Source: Octopus bimaculoides (lineage: Eukaryota). Taken from it: a stretch of 33,906 nucleotides of DNA. A program made the translations under genes and the position numbers. Positions 1 through 10,418 of this stretch are shown piece after piece (position 1 is the stretch's first letter; each line of letters starts with the position of its first letter). The notes under the pieces are model-generated. The model did no database searches. It was not told where the DNA came from and saw nothing but the letters and a program-made list of their open reading frames with translations. Location: positions 36,833,830 through 36,867,735 of the forward strand of contig NC_068987.1 of the NCBI RefSeq assembly GCF_001194135.2, in the 5' to 3' direction.

Positions 1-169
1 TTGGAAATAAACTCCAGAAGGAGCCACTTCCTATTACAAAACCCCAATAGGGTCGAAGTGTATAGACTTATACACCTCTTCCACAAAAAATATTTTAAAA
101 CTGCAAAAGTTTTGACATATAAAAGGCCAACTTACTTGCGAGCCGATGTGACTAGCATCCGTCCAGATC

Positions 170-219
170 AGATAGATAGATAGATAGTGTGCGAGTAGGT
201 AGGCAAGTAGGTAGGTAAG

Positions 220-303
<84 letters not shown>
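170..303. repeat. (GATA)n microsatellite with a short (GGTA) interruption
   Basis: Directly visible tetranucleotide array. Confidence 0.95.
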
Positions 304-304
<1 letters not shown>

Positions 305-619
305 GGAATGTTCGGATAAGCTGTCATTTTTCTTTAAAGAAATCTTCTTTTGAAAATAACACAATTTTCATTGGTTTCTGCCTTTCTGGGTTTTTTAAAC
401 AAAACTATGGCTCTATATAGAGATTTCAAACCGAAGTAAGTTTTAGTCAAAACTGTGAATACATATAGAGTTTCAGTCGAAACTGAATACATATAGAGAT
501 TTTTAAATCAATGTATGATTTCAAACCAAAGTGAGTTCACAAATTGAGATTTGCAATTAAAATATGAACACATGGAGATTTCGCAATGAAGCGGAATGAT
601 GCCTTATAAAGGTCAGAAA

Positions 620-748
620 GACAGACAAATGTTTTATCGTTGGAATAGCGATGAAAACTAAGTTAACCTTGATGGAAATTGAACTCAAAATGCAACTGGT
701 CGTAACTAATTACTGCAAAGCGATTTTTCTGCCGCTCTGCTGACTCTG
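620..748 (-). mobile_element. Degenerate tRNA-derived SINE fragment (family B, same as 21944-22160)
   Basis: Reverse complement ttttgagttcaatttccatcaaggttaacttagttttcatc aligns by eye with ttctgagtttaaatgccaccgaggttgactttacctttcatc of the 21944-22160 copy. Confidence 0.5.
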
Positions 749-824
749 ATACCCATGGCACTCTGCAACAAATATTTCAGCCAATGAGAGAGCATCTAGC
801 GGTAAGCCTACACCCTATGAATAA

Positions 825-965
825 CTACTAAATCTTCCTCAAACCACACCCTACCGTCTTTAAAATGACATACTGAATGTAGGAACACAGAAAAATGGTC
901 AAATGACCATGGTCCGAATGCCTTTGATCATTGTTCTGATTTATTAGTGTTTACCTAGGTTTACA
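825..965 (+). mobile_element. Probable 3' fragment of an octopus-type retroposon
   Basis: The segments aaatcttcctcaaaccacaccctaccgtctt and gaatgcctttgatcat resemble a repeat I recall from octopus sequence. No second copy in the window to verify against. Confidence 0.3.
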
Positions 966-1571
966 TAGTAATGACACCGAAGAATAGATAAATGTTTCAC
1001 TAGTCGAAACAAATTACAATAAGCAATACATGAGTTGGGGGTCTTGCTTCTCACTAGTGTTTTTTTGGCCCGTTGTGAAAGTAACCTGTTGTGACTGTGT
1101 CTATTTGGCTGTTAATATGTATCACAGGATCATGTATTTCATTACTACAAATAGGGACAATTAATTTGTCGTTAGTTGGTTTGCATTGAGTACTTTCTCC
1201 TGAGGGAAGTGCAACACTGACAGATACACTACCATTCAGTCAGTGAGGAAGAGGAGAAAATTTGCCTTTCATCTACCTAAAGTAACCAAAAATAATCCCT
1301 AGTGTCCTAAACTTTTGAGACATTGTCTAAAAATATTGGTTAACCTGTTCTATAATAGTACACCAAGCAACACAACACACTACTTCAGTGAACGGGAAAC
1401 ACTAAGCGGTCATTTGATATGAAAGACATCGTAACCATATCATGTTATTATGTAGAAAAGTACTAGGATTCACGTTCGATAATGTTGTCTGTGATATACA
1501 AAATGGCGAAATGACCCCTATTGAAAATTGACCAAAATTTTACGGAGTTAAAGGAAAATGAAAATACTCAC

Positions 1572-1592
1572 CATTGTCATCTGTGTTGTGAC
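1572..1592 (-). CDS. Candidate 21-nt phase 1-1 microexon (S)HNTDDN
   Basis: Minus strand reads ttttcacag|gtcacaacacagatgacaatg|gtgagt. It is open in the frame left by the 4328-4532 exon. Confidence 0.25.
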
Positions 1593-2854
1593 CTGTGAAA
1601 ATTTAGAAGAATTGAGTAATATAAGTAATTATGAGATTTACATATAATTGTTTAACATTCTACGAGAGGAAGATTATTATTTAATGCATTAACATGGAAG
1701 ATAAAATTAAAACCTCATTAGCCTAATCTGTCGTGGTCTAAAGAGGTACCACGCGAGTATTTCACACTAATTAGCAAAGCCAGTGTATGTGTCTTCATTA
1801 ATTTAAAATTCTCAGTTGAAATGTTCCGATATGTATACTTTTGAAAGACGTAGTTCAGTAGTCATAGCTGGGTTAATCACTATTTGATAAATACACCTGG
1901 TTAGGAAAATGGAAAACCAAACAATTGATATAATGATTATACATCCTTTAAATATGTGAGAGGTTCATTTATTAATTTATTGATTAACACAATAATCATT
2001 TTATTGATTAACACCATGAGTGATTTCTCTGTTGACAGATTAGTTCCTTGATTGATTCGGTTATTGACTGATATATTCAATGATGGATTGACTGAATGAT
2101 ATTGATAGATTGATAGAATGACTGTCTGATTGATTAATTGAATTAGATCTTCAGATATGTAAAATGAACCTTTTTTTAAGGAGGTGGAGTTATCCTTAAA
2201 AGATAGCGAAATTAACAACGTTCTTTATAAGTTGAAGCATTGTCGAAAAAAAACGCAAAGGATCAAAGAGATACAATTTATGATAGCTGAGAAGCAAAAC
2301 ATTTTCATATGTAAAAAGAAAGCTAAACTTTTGAGAAATTCTAGCAGAAAAAAGTTCACTCTAGGCTACACAGCCAGACAGCGACTCATATTGTTGCCAT
2401 AAACACCCAGCAACACCCATTAGAAGATATTTTTCACCATATAAGTAAAGCACTGCTGTCTTTCCCAACAATTATAAGTACCAAATGAACTATTTGTACG
2501 AATATCCTCCAATAATCAACAGGCCATCAGCCCTGTTACCACATACATTTGTAACTTATCTAACGCTAACCAACGGGGTCGAATAATTTCAACTATTTAA
2601 CTTTCCTCGTAATTTAACTCAGTAGAATTGCCTAGTTACTTCCTTTCGTTCGTTATCGCCTGAAAGATCGCACTAAGCCAGTCATTCTGATTTCGATAAA
2701 ATGAATCATCAGCTTTAAAGAATGAAATTTACTGCTAAACTTATGGAGTATTTTCGTTTTTGCTTGTGTATTTAACCATATGTTTGTATATATACATGCC
2801 TATATTCATGCTTAAATACGCACATATATACACACCGCGGGCGCGTATGTGTGT

Positions 2855-3022
2855 GAGAAGTCAATACTAGTTACTTTCGAAATTTTCTTTGAAAACTCAA
2901 ATGTTAGTTTACTGGTGAAAAAAAACAATCCGGAAGAATTTAAATTAAGGCATGCAAGATTTCACAGCTCTAGCATCACTCCTTCATAGTCAGCCTTTGA
3001 ATTTTTCAGCACACCCAACTCG
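2855..3022 (-). mobile_element. 5' end (TIR plus leader) of a Tc1/mariner element, truncated
   Basis: Minus strand begins cgagttgggtgtgctgaaaaattc, matching the mariner TIR type seen at 31900 (gagggtgtgctgaaatgttc). Confidence 0.55.
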
Positions 3023-3038
3023 TTTATAATCACACGAA

Positions 3039-3082
<44 letters not shown>

Positions 3083-3090
3083 AGTATATA

Positions 3091-3319
3091 TTCTTTTATT
3101 CTTTTACTTGTTTCAGTCATTTGACTGCGACCTTGTTGGAGCACCGTCTTTTGTCAAACAAATCTTATTCTTTGTAAGCTTAATACTTATTCTATCGGTC
3201 TCTATGGACGAACCGCTAGGTTACGGGGATGTAAACACACCAACATCGATGGGGACAAACACAGACACACAAATACACACATACACGCATACATACATAC
3301 ACACACATACATACATACA

Positions 3320-3355
<36 letters not shown>

Positions 3356-3520
3356 CAACGGCCTCCTTTCAGTTTACGTCTACCAAATCTACTCACAAGA
3401 CTTTAGCCTACCCGACGCTATAACAAAAGGTACTTGCCCAAGATGCCACTCAGTGGGAATGAACCCAGAATCATGTTGTTGGGAAGCAAGCTTCTTACCA
3501 CACACTCATTCCCGTGTCTA
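3091..3520 (-). mobile_element. tRNA-derived SINE (family A) with internal (TATG)n expansion
   Basis: Reverse complement is colinear with the 28213-28558 copy (tRNA head gtgtggtaag...gggttca-tcccact, internal microsatellite, 3' ctgaaacaagtaaaa). Confidence 0.9.
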
Positions 3521-4072
3521 TATATAAATTAATATAAACAGCTAGGCGCAATATAATACCAAAAAGGAAAATGTTTTTCTTCATTAATTGAGACTGAGGG
3601 TGCCGAAGCACCTACATTACAAGAAATCTCTTAACGCTGTAAGAAGCGTGCAATAAATTAGTTTTTAACACTTATTTCTTGCAATATAGGTGCTCCGCCA
3701 CCCTCAGTCACAATTAGGGACGATAATTTTTTTCCTCTATTGTATTATATTGCGTCCAGCTGTTTATATTATTTTTAAATATATGCATTGGCATTTTGCT
3801 AAATCAGCCATGAATTTTTATGGTAAAAATATATAATCTGATAGCCGGATTTAACAAAGCTATCGAGCGTTTGAATAGTCCCTACTGACGAGCCTACGAC
3901 TGATAGGCGAAACTAGTCAAGTGCAGTCATCTTAAAGACACACATGAGGCGGTTATTTCCCCTCTCGGTGTATATATAGTGTGCTCTTCTTACAGCACTA
4001 ACTCTTATTTCTTGCAATATAGATGATTCGTCACCCTCAGTTACAATGAGTAACGATAGAAAATGTTTTCCT
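3520..4072 (+). mobile_element. Penelope-like pseudo-LTR or retrozyme-like element: inverted arm, ~333-bp monomer with hammerhead, and partial tandem repeat
   Basis: Arms 3534-3627 and 3674-3767 are inverted (77/94 identical by hand). cttatttcttgcaatata recurs at 3671 and 4004. A hammerhead core lies at 3885-3918. Confidence 0.6.
3880..3923 (+). ncRNA. Minimal type I hammerhead ribozyme motif
   Basis: CTGACGA 3885-3891, stem II gccta/taggc, GAAAC 3909-3913, palindromic stem III ACTAGT, GTC cleavage triplet 3916-3918. Stem I is only 3 of 5 paired. Confidence 0.65.
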
Positions 4073-4327
4073 CTGTGTGTTTGTGCATGTAAGTATGAAT
4101 GTATATATATACATATACATATGTATATATACACTCACATATACATACATGCACATATATCTACAGTCTGTGCATACATATACACAAATATGTATGCACA
4201 TACATGCATATGTACACATATACGTATATCAAAGAAATAAAGGAGCAAAATGAAAATGACACATATATTAAATAAACATCATGCGAAATGTAATAGATAA
4301 AAGAAAGATGTATTGATAGAGACTTAC

Positions 4328-4532
4328 TTGAAATAGTTAAAAAGACACTTAGAGTGATCGCCGTTACCGTGACAACTGCAACAAATGCAATTATCATACC
4401 CAGCAAGCAAGGTGAATACGTGCGCTTAGTACTGATTATATCCGGTGATGGTACTGTGATCGGAATGTAACGTTCTTCCTTAAATTTGGCTCCTTCGTAA
4501 CGCACCAGCGGGTGGTCACTGATCAAAGTTAA
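4328..4532 (-). CDS. Candidate internal coding exon of a type II (N-terminal anchor) membrane protein
   Basis: Acceptor ttcgtttattcaacag| and donor caa|gtaagt. The 205 nt are open: LTLISDHPLVRYEGAKFKEERYIPITVPSPDIISTKRTYSPCLLGMIIAFVAVVTVTAITLSVFLTIS, i.e. basic residues followed by a long hydrophobic run. Ends in phase 1. Confidence 0.5.
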
Positions 4533-4994
4533 CTGTTGAATAAACGAATGGTGTAATTAACGACCACTGTATTATAACAATGTACAACGAAAGAAAATAC
4601 AACTACAACAACGTCACCAACTCAAAGAACAGAATCAACGACAACAAACAGCGTGTGCAACACTGATTTAATTACGAGAATATCTTTCTCTTTCTCTTAC
4701 ACGCTTTTTCATATTCTCTTACACGCTTTTTCATATTCTCTTTTCTTTCTATCTTTCTATGAATAGTACATCTCCCACATCAATTAAATACTCGTAAACA
4801 CAATTCCAAGCAAAGCAAGTATATGTTCTTGAAATATCAAGATTTAGAGGACAGTTCTTCGTCGATGACCCACACAAATAACTTCCACGTACAAGCACAC
4901 GCCAATAAACACCAAATACGCAAGTAAGTGTATGCATCAATGCATATTATATTTATAGTTGGGGTTCGTAGACACACACACACACTCGCATATA

Positions 4995-5041
<47 letters not shown>

Positions 5042-5858
5042 NNNNNNNNNNNNNNNNNNNNNNNNNNNNNNNNNNNNNNNNNNNNNNNNNNNNNNNNNNN
5101 NNNNNNNNNNNNNNNNNNNNNNNNNNNNNNNNNNNNNNNNNNNNNNNNNNNNNNNNNNNNNNNNNNNNNNNNNNNNNNNNNNNNNNNNNNNNNNNNNNNN
5201 NNNNNNNNNNNNNNNNNNNNNNNNNNNNNNNNNNNNNNNNNNNNNNNNNNNNNNNNNNNNNNNNNNNNNNNNNNNNNNNNNNNNNNNNNNNNNNNNNNNN
5301 NNNNNNNNNNNNNNNNNNNNNNNNNNNNNNNNNNNNNNNNNNNNNNNNNNNNNNNNNNNNNNNNNNNNNNNNNNNNNNNNNNNNNNNNNNNNNNNNNNNN
5401 NNNNNNNNNNNNNNNNNNNNNNNNNNNNNNNNNNNNNNNNNNNNNNNNNNNNNNNNNNNNNNNNNNNNNNNNNNNNNNNNNNNNNNNNNNNNNNNNNNNN
5501 NNNNNNNNNNNNNNNNNNNNNNNNNNNNNNNNNNNNNNNNNNNNNNNNNNNNNNNNNNNNNNNNNNNNNNNNNNNNNNNNNNNNNNNNNNNNNNNNNNNN
5601 NNNNNNNNNNNNNNNNNNNNNNNNNNNNNNNNNNNNNNNNNNNNNNNNNNNNNNNNNNNNNNNNNNNNNNNNNNNNNNNNNNNNNNNNNNNNNNNNNNNN
5701 NNNNNNNNNNNNNNNNNNNNNNNNNNNNNNNNNNNNNNNNNNNNNNNNNNNNNNNNNNNNNNNNNNNNNNNNNNNNNNNNNNNNNNNNNNNNNNNNNNNN
5801 NNNNNNNNNNNNNNNNNNNNNNNNNNNNNNNNNNNNNNNNNNNNNNNNNNNNNNNNNA
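5042..5858. other. Assembly gap (N). Other gaps: 11642-11651, 15026-15565, 18263-18497, 19981-20453, 26108-26506, 29194-29573, 31172-31475
   Basis: Runs of n, mostly flanked by (TA)n or (CA/TG)n. Confidence 1.
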
Positions 5859-5989
5859 CATACACAAACACACACACACGCACACACGCACACACACATA
5901 GTGTACTGTTACGTGATAGTAAGATCAACAAAAATAGTACTCCATCTGGTGGGAGATAAATATTGTCTAATAAGCAAAATATATGTCTC

Positions 5990-7680
5990 TAAGTGCTATC
6001 ATTAGTTTCATGCGGTGAAAGCATACCAAATTCCAGAGAACTTTTGAACTGAACCAAGATCTATACCAGTTCTACAGAAAGGCCAGGGAAGATTCGTCGA
6101 TAGGCTACATGAAGATACTTAAAGAATATTGGAATAAGAATACTGGAATATTGGAATACCTAAAATTCTCAAATTTTTCAGTAAAACAATTATGCCAGTA
6201 AGCTCCATTTGTTGAAAAGAACAAAATCACTCAGCCAAAATGCACGAATGATAATATTCGTATCAACAACACAGTAAACTTCTGCGAAGAGACTGTGAAC
6301 GGCAAGAAACACGACCAAGACGAACGCAACAATAACAGACCGCCACCACTACACGGACATGTAGCAACTACTTATGATCCCACAAAAACAAACATGGAAT
6401 ATATAATACTAAAATCGCTGCTTGCATCGAAGTTCAAGCAGAACTTCACTACATATCTGCACAAGGCACTGCAAGGGAGAACTATACCTACACGAGTTTG
6501 GGGAAAAAGATTGCAGACCTGATATTATCCCTGATCGACGCAATTGTGAGAGAACAAGTAGCTCAAATCCAAACCCCCAACTTTTGGACTGTAAATGTCC
6601 TGTTATATTGTACCGCAGTAATTGTGTACTAACAGATGGGAGTAAGAAAGACGGCTCCAAAAGATAATATAGAGCCAAAATGGATCACCCCCACCAAAAC
6701 AACATCAACGGATTCGGGTAAAAGATATTACAATTGGACATACTCATCAAATGCAAGGCTAAAAATGAGCTCACGAATCACCATCTACGACTGCATGTCA
6801 CAGGAAAAGTTCTCGCCCTCAAACACGACGTACAAGTGGTAAGTCAATAACTTCATTATTGTAAAAACTTACATGAACGGAATATGATAAACTGAAAGTT
6901 TTCCCCTAATCCACAAGCTGCGTATCGCAGTATGAAAGCGATACCATCAAGGTAGTAAAAGCTCCTCTATAGAAAGACCTAGAGTCATTCTGGCTGGAAA
7001 TCTGGAAACTAAACAAATAACACAACCAAGATAAAACATGGTTAAACAACCTACGAAGTGAATACTGTGTAAATGCCTCTTCGAAAACATCACCAGTGAA
7101 ATACCCCTGAGGTTATAATGAAACTGCGGAATGGAAAATATCCTAGGAAAGACCGGATAGTAGACATCTGGCACAAAAAGCTCACGTTCTACAGGGAAAT
7201 TATTACAAACCTGTTTTAAATAAAGAACGGACTCTCAGCTAGACATGCCACATTGGCTGACGCTTGCACGGACTACTCTTATTCCCCAAAATAAAGAGAT
7301 CCAAGTGGTCAAAAACTATAGGCCGATGGCATGCCTGAATATCATGTACATTTTGTACATATGGTATCTGAATATGTTTCTCCAAAACCACTGCCAGACA
7401 AATGAACTGATAACCGATTAACAGACAGGAGGAAAGAAAGGAGTCTGGGGCTGTGTTGAACACCTCCTCAACAAAGTTGTCCCTGAGAAAGCCAAGCAAC
7501 ATAGCCGTAACGGTATGGTTAGACTACAAGGCGTTCGATTTTGTGTCTCACTCACGAGTAGTAGAATCCCTACATCTTGCCAAAGTACTAGCTGTTATAG
7601 TGAATGCCATTGAAAGACTGACTACAAAATGGTCTGCACGGTTATTACTTACAACTGCTAAAGCAACGCCTATTGTTACG
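5990..7680 (+). mobile_element. Decayed non-LTR retrotransposon, R4/Dong-like (RLE-type) ORF fragment from the N-terminal region into the RT domain
   Basis: Frameshifted RT motifs NYRPMACLNIMY (about 7313-7350), KGVWGC and VWLDYKAFD-VSH (about 7513-7552) are typical of R4-clade RTs. Many stops. Confidence 0.8.
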
Positions 7681-7684
7681 CCTG

Positions 7685-7995
7685 TTGATGACTTAATCGA
7701 TTTAATCGATTTAAATATTTTTTTCTATTTGAAAATTTGGTTATGAAACACGTGTAGTCCTTTTATTATCATTATCTTATGATATTTACTTTGTATTATA
7801 TTATACTTATTTTTATGATTTTACTTATTAATTTTTCTATATGTGACAGTGGATTTTCATCGATGAGTTTATGAACCTTGGTTCTTTACCCTAAACTATA
7901 TATTTATATTTTATACTGTGAAACTTAATTTAATTTTAATTTTTAATAAATTGAATTTAATTGAGATTTTACCTGTAAATTTGGATTTTTATCCC
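7685..7995 (+). mobile_element. Possible PLE pseudo-LTR remnant with decayed hammerhead
   Basis: TTGATGA 7685-7691 followed by GAAAC-ACGT-GTA 7745-7756, then an AT-rich tail ending at (TTA)n. Confidence 0.35.

Positions 7996-8070
<75 letters not shown>
7996..8070. repeat. (TTA)n microsatellite
   Basis: Direct. Confidence 0.98.
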
Positions 8071-8073
<3 letters not shown>

Positions 8074-9160
8074 CAAACTAACATTATATCTTAGCGATGG
8101 CGTTTGAACTGGAACTTCGAACTTTCTGTCAACATTTTACTTGCAAATTTTTCTTCTATGTATTAAGTGGTCCTTTAATTAATACTGGGCCTTCCTTTTT
8201 TTTTCATATATCTCTTATTTCATATATCTAGCCATAAAAACACGCATTAATACACACACATACACACATACACACACACACATATACATTCCCATAATCG
8301 CAATTACACATACATAATGTACATAATATACAAAAAGGCATTATTTCGGAAGTAGTATATTGAGATATAAGCAATACGCAAACATCTATATAAGTAGACA
8401 TGCAAACTTACGTAAATTTATTCTCCGTTACACATATATTAGCATATCTTGAACCATCAGGAGAAAGGTTTCAAGAAAACATCTGTAGTATTAATAGATT
8501 TTAGGCAACGCCATCACTGATGATCTTTTATGGCGGCCAGAAGTATATAACATTGACAAATCTACATCTCAATAGAATTAAGCTTCGACTACAGAGACAG
8601 ACAATTCTTCAGATCTGCTCATTTCCTGGCACTGTATAAAGTTAAATGGCGGCTAGAATATGTAAACGTATGCATACGTTATTCCTTGTTTAACATATGC
8701 GCACATATTCCCCAGAAAACACACAAAAATGTAGTATAGACAGAGTAAACACTTTTGTAAACTTTGAATGATCAATAATTTCAATTCTTACCTACATTTT
8801 CTATTATAGTTAAAAAATTACTAGCAAGCTCGCTTGCTATGTTGTGCTGCGGAACCATAGAACTGATTTGGTTTTGGCTGGTCTAAAAGTAGCAAATAAA
8901 GACAGGAAAGATTGCAAACATCTGTGCATGTGATACATCAAATGTGACTCTCGGAGTTTCATCAGTGTGTAATGCAGACTTTCATTAAGTAAATTAGCAT
9001 CTCAGAGATGCACCATGTGCTGTGTAGTTGCCATATTTCGTATATTTGCAACAATCAAATGTATAGAAATAAATGTATAAATTGTGAATAACATATAATG
9101 GATGATGTAATAGAAATAATTTTAGAGTAATACATTATACATTTGCTCAAGCACTCGTTC

Positions 9161-9231
9161 ATCAGAGTGGCGCAGTGGTTTGGTGCTGGTCCCATCACCA
9201 GAGTCTAACAGCTCGAAACGAAGCTCCACGA
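9161..9231 (+). pseudogene. Initiator tRNA-Met (CAT) pseudogene
   Basis: atcagagtggcgcagtggtttggtgctggtcccatcaccagagtc...tcgaaac aligns with the eukaryotic tRNAiMet (agcagagtggcgcagcggaagcgtgctgggcccataacccagaggtc...atcgaaac). The acceptor and T stems are broken. Confidence 0.6.
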
Positions 9232-9288
9232 CAAAATAGATACTATTTTTATATAATTTATTCATCACAAGTGATTTGTCTACAAATA

Positions 9289-10168
9289 CGAGTGGGGTAC
9301 CCAAAACTAATCGTAAACGTACTCTGTGGAACAAACCCGTTGTAGTTCAGGCTTCCGCCGCTAAAACCCACTTGATGCATCCCTCAAGCATCAGTCTGCC
9401 GACTGGCGTCGTTCTGTATAGTCCTACTTCCACGTAGTGCGTCTTTGTTCTGCACTACTTCTCTCCTGTTCGTCGATTTTTGCGATGGTTGAAACGAAGG
9501 AACAGCCTGCTTCTGTGAAATTCTGTTTTCTGCTGGAGAAAACGGCGGCCGAAACAGTTGTCGTGCTTCAGACAACTTATAAGGACACTGCCATGGGCAA
9601 AACACAAGTTTACGAGTGGTTTCCATGCTTTAGAAATGGTCACTTGTCGCTTGAAAACCAACCTAGTTCAGGACGACCGTCGACCTCACCGAACGAATGA
9701 AAACATCATGAAAATTCTTAAACTGATCTTGGAGGACCGTCGCCGAACTATTGACGAAGTTGTTATGACTGGTGTGTTCCGGAGCTCTTTCCAACAAATT
9801 TTCAGCGAGGAATTGCGAACGAAAAGAGTTGCTCACGGAAGATCAAAGGCAGCCATGACTGAGTGCGTGTCGCGAACTGAAAGAACAGCTAGAAGATGAT
9901 CTGGATCTTTTTTTTCGAAAGTTATCACTGGTAACGAAAGCTGGTGCTACGGAATTTGCAGATGTGGAAGAGGTGAAGAAAAAAACCGACGGTGGCGTTA
10001 AAAGGCATCACTTCGCAAGAGTTCCAGGACTGCTTTGAACAGTGGAAAACGCGGCTGGATCGATGCATTGCTTCAAATGGAGAATACTCTGAAGGCAATA
10101 AAAGCGTAAACATGTAAAATTGAGTGAATAATATTGCAAAATTCCGGTTACTTTTGGGTATCCCCTCG
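9289..10168 (+). mobile_element. Internally deleted mariner (Tc1/mariner) element with both TIRs and TA target duplication
   Basis: TA|cgagtggggtacccaaaactaatcgtaa at the left end and attccggttacttttgggtatcccctcg|TA at the right end, with transposase remnants between. Confidence 0.95.
9485..10117 (+). pseudogene. Mariner transposase pseudogene (frameshifts, catalytic core deleted)
   Basis: MVETKEQ-ASVKFCFLL, KTQVYEWF, SGRPST, EDRRRTIDE, VITGNESWCYG, then a direct jump to FADVEEVKKK...RCIASNGEY. Confidence 0.9.
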
Positions 10169-10193
10169 TATACCAATCATATACGTGTAACTA

Positions 10194-10418
10194 CAGGGGT
10201 AGGTACAAATTACATTATGCAATAGAAATTTATACACGGTCAAGGGAGTCGCCAACTAATTAGTGTACACCAAAACCCAAGTAGCGTAGCAGGCAAAGAG
10301 GACAGCGGAATTTTTTGCTGAGTATATAGGATCAGAAATATATCATAGTTAGTAGAACATAAATTATTACTAGGCAGGTTTGTTATCGGTTTGGCATTGA
10401 AATTATTGTACCTCACAG
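10194..10418. mobile_element. Possible old Tc1-type MITE
   Basis: Degenerate TIRs tacaggggtaggtacaaattac versus reverse complement tactgtgaggtacaataatttc, TA-flanked. Confidence 0.3.

Noticed and set aside
58-75. Hairpin gtgtata-gact-tatacac near a GATA microsatellite, suggestive of a Helentron/DINE-type end
   Set aside because: No subterminal inverted repeats or second end could be identified, and the element may extend outside the window.
34-364. ORFs with IYLS, YIHT, CVCV or poly-V repeats (also 3202-3396, 24667-24852, 33043-33258)
   Set aside because: Translations of simple-sequence repeats.
4694-4737. 22-bp perfect tandem duplication
   Set aside because: Ordinary slippage event with no further structure.
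4578-4765. Thr-rich plus-strand frame (CTTKENTTTTTSPTQRTESTTT) resembling a mucin stalk
   Set aside because: It begins immediately after a stop with no ATG or acceptor. It is explained as low-complexity (ACA) intron sequence.
4837-6005. Long ORFs of 200-360 aa in the track (also around 14741-15802, 19875-20682, 25878-26653, 29036-29704, 31095-31523)
   Set aside because: They are mostly X from N-gaps plus microsatellite translations, not genes.
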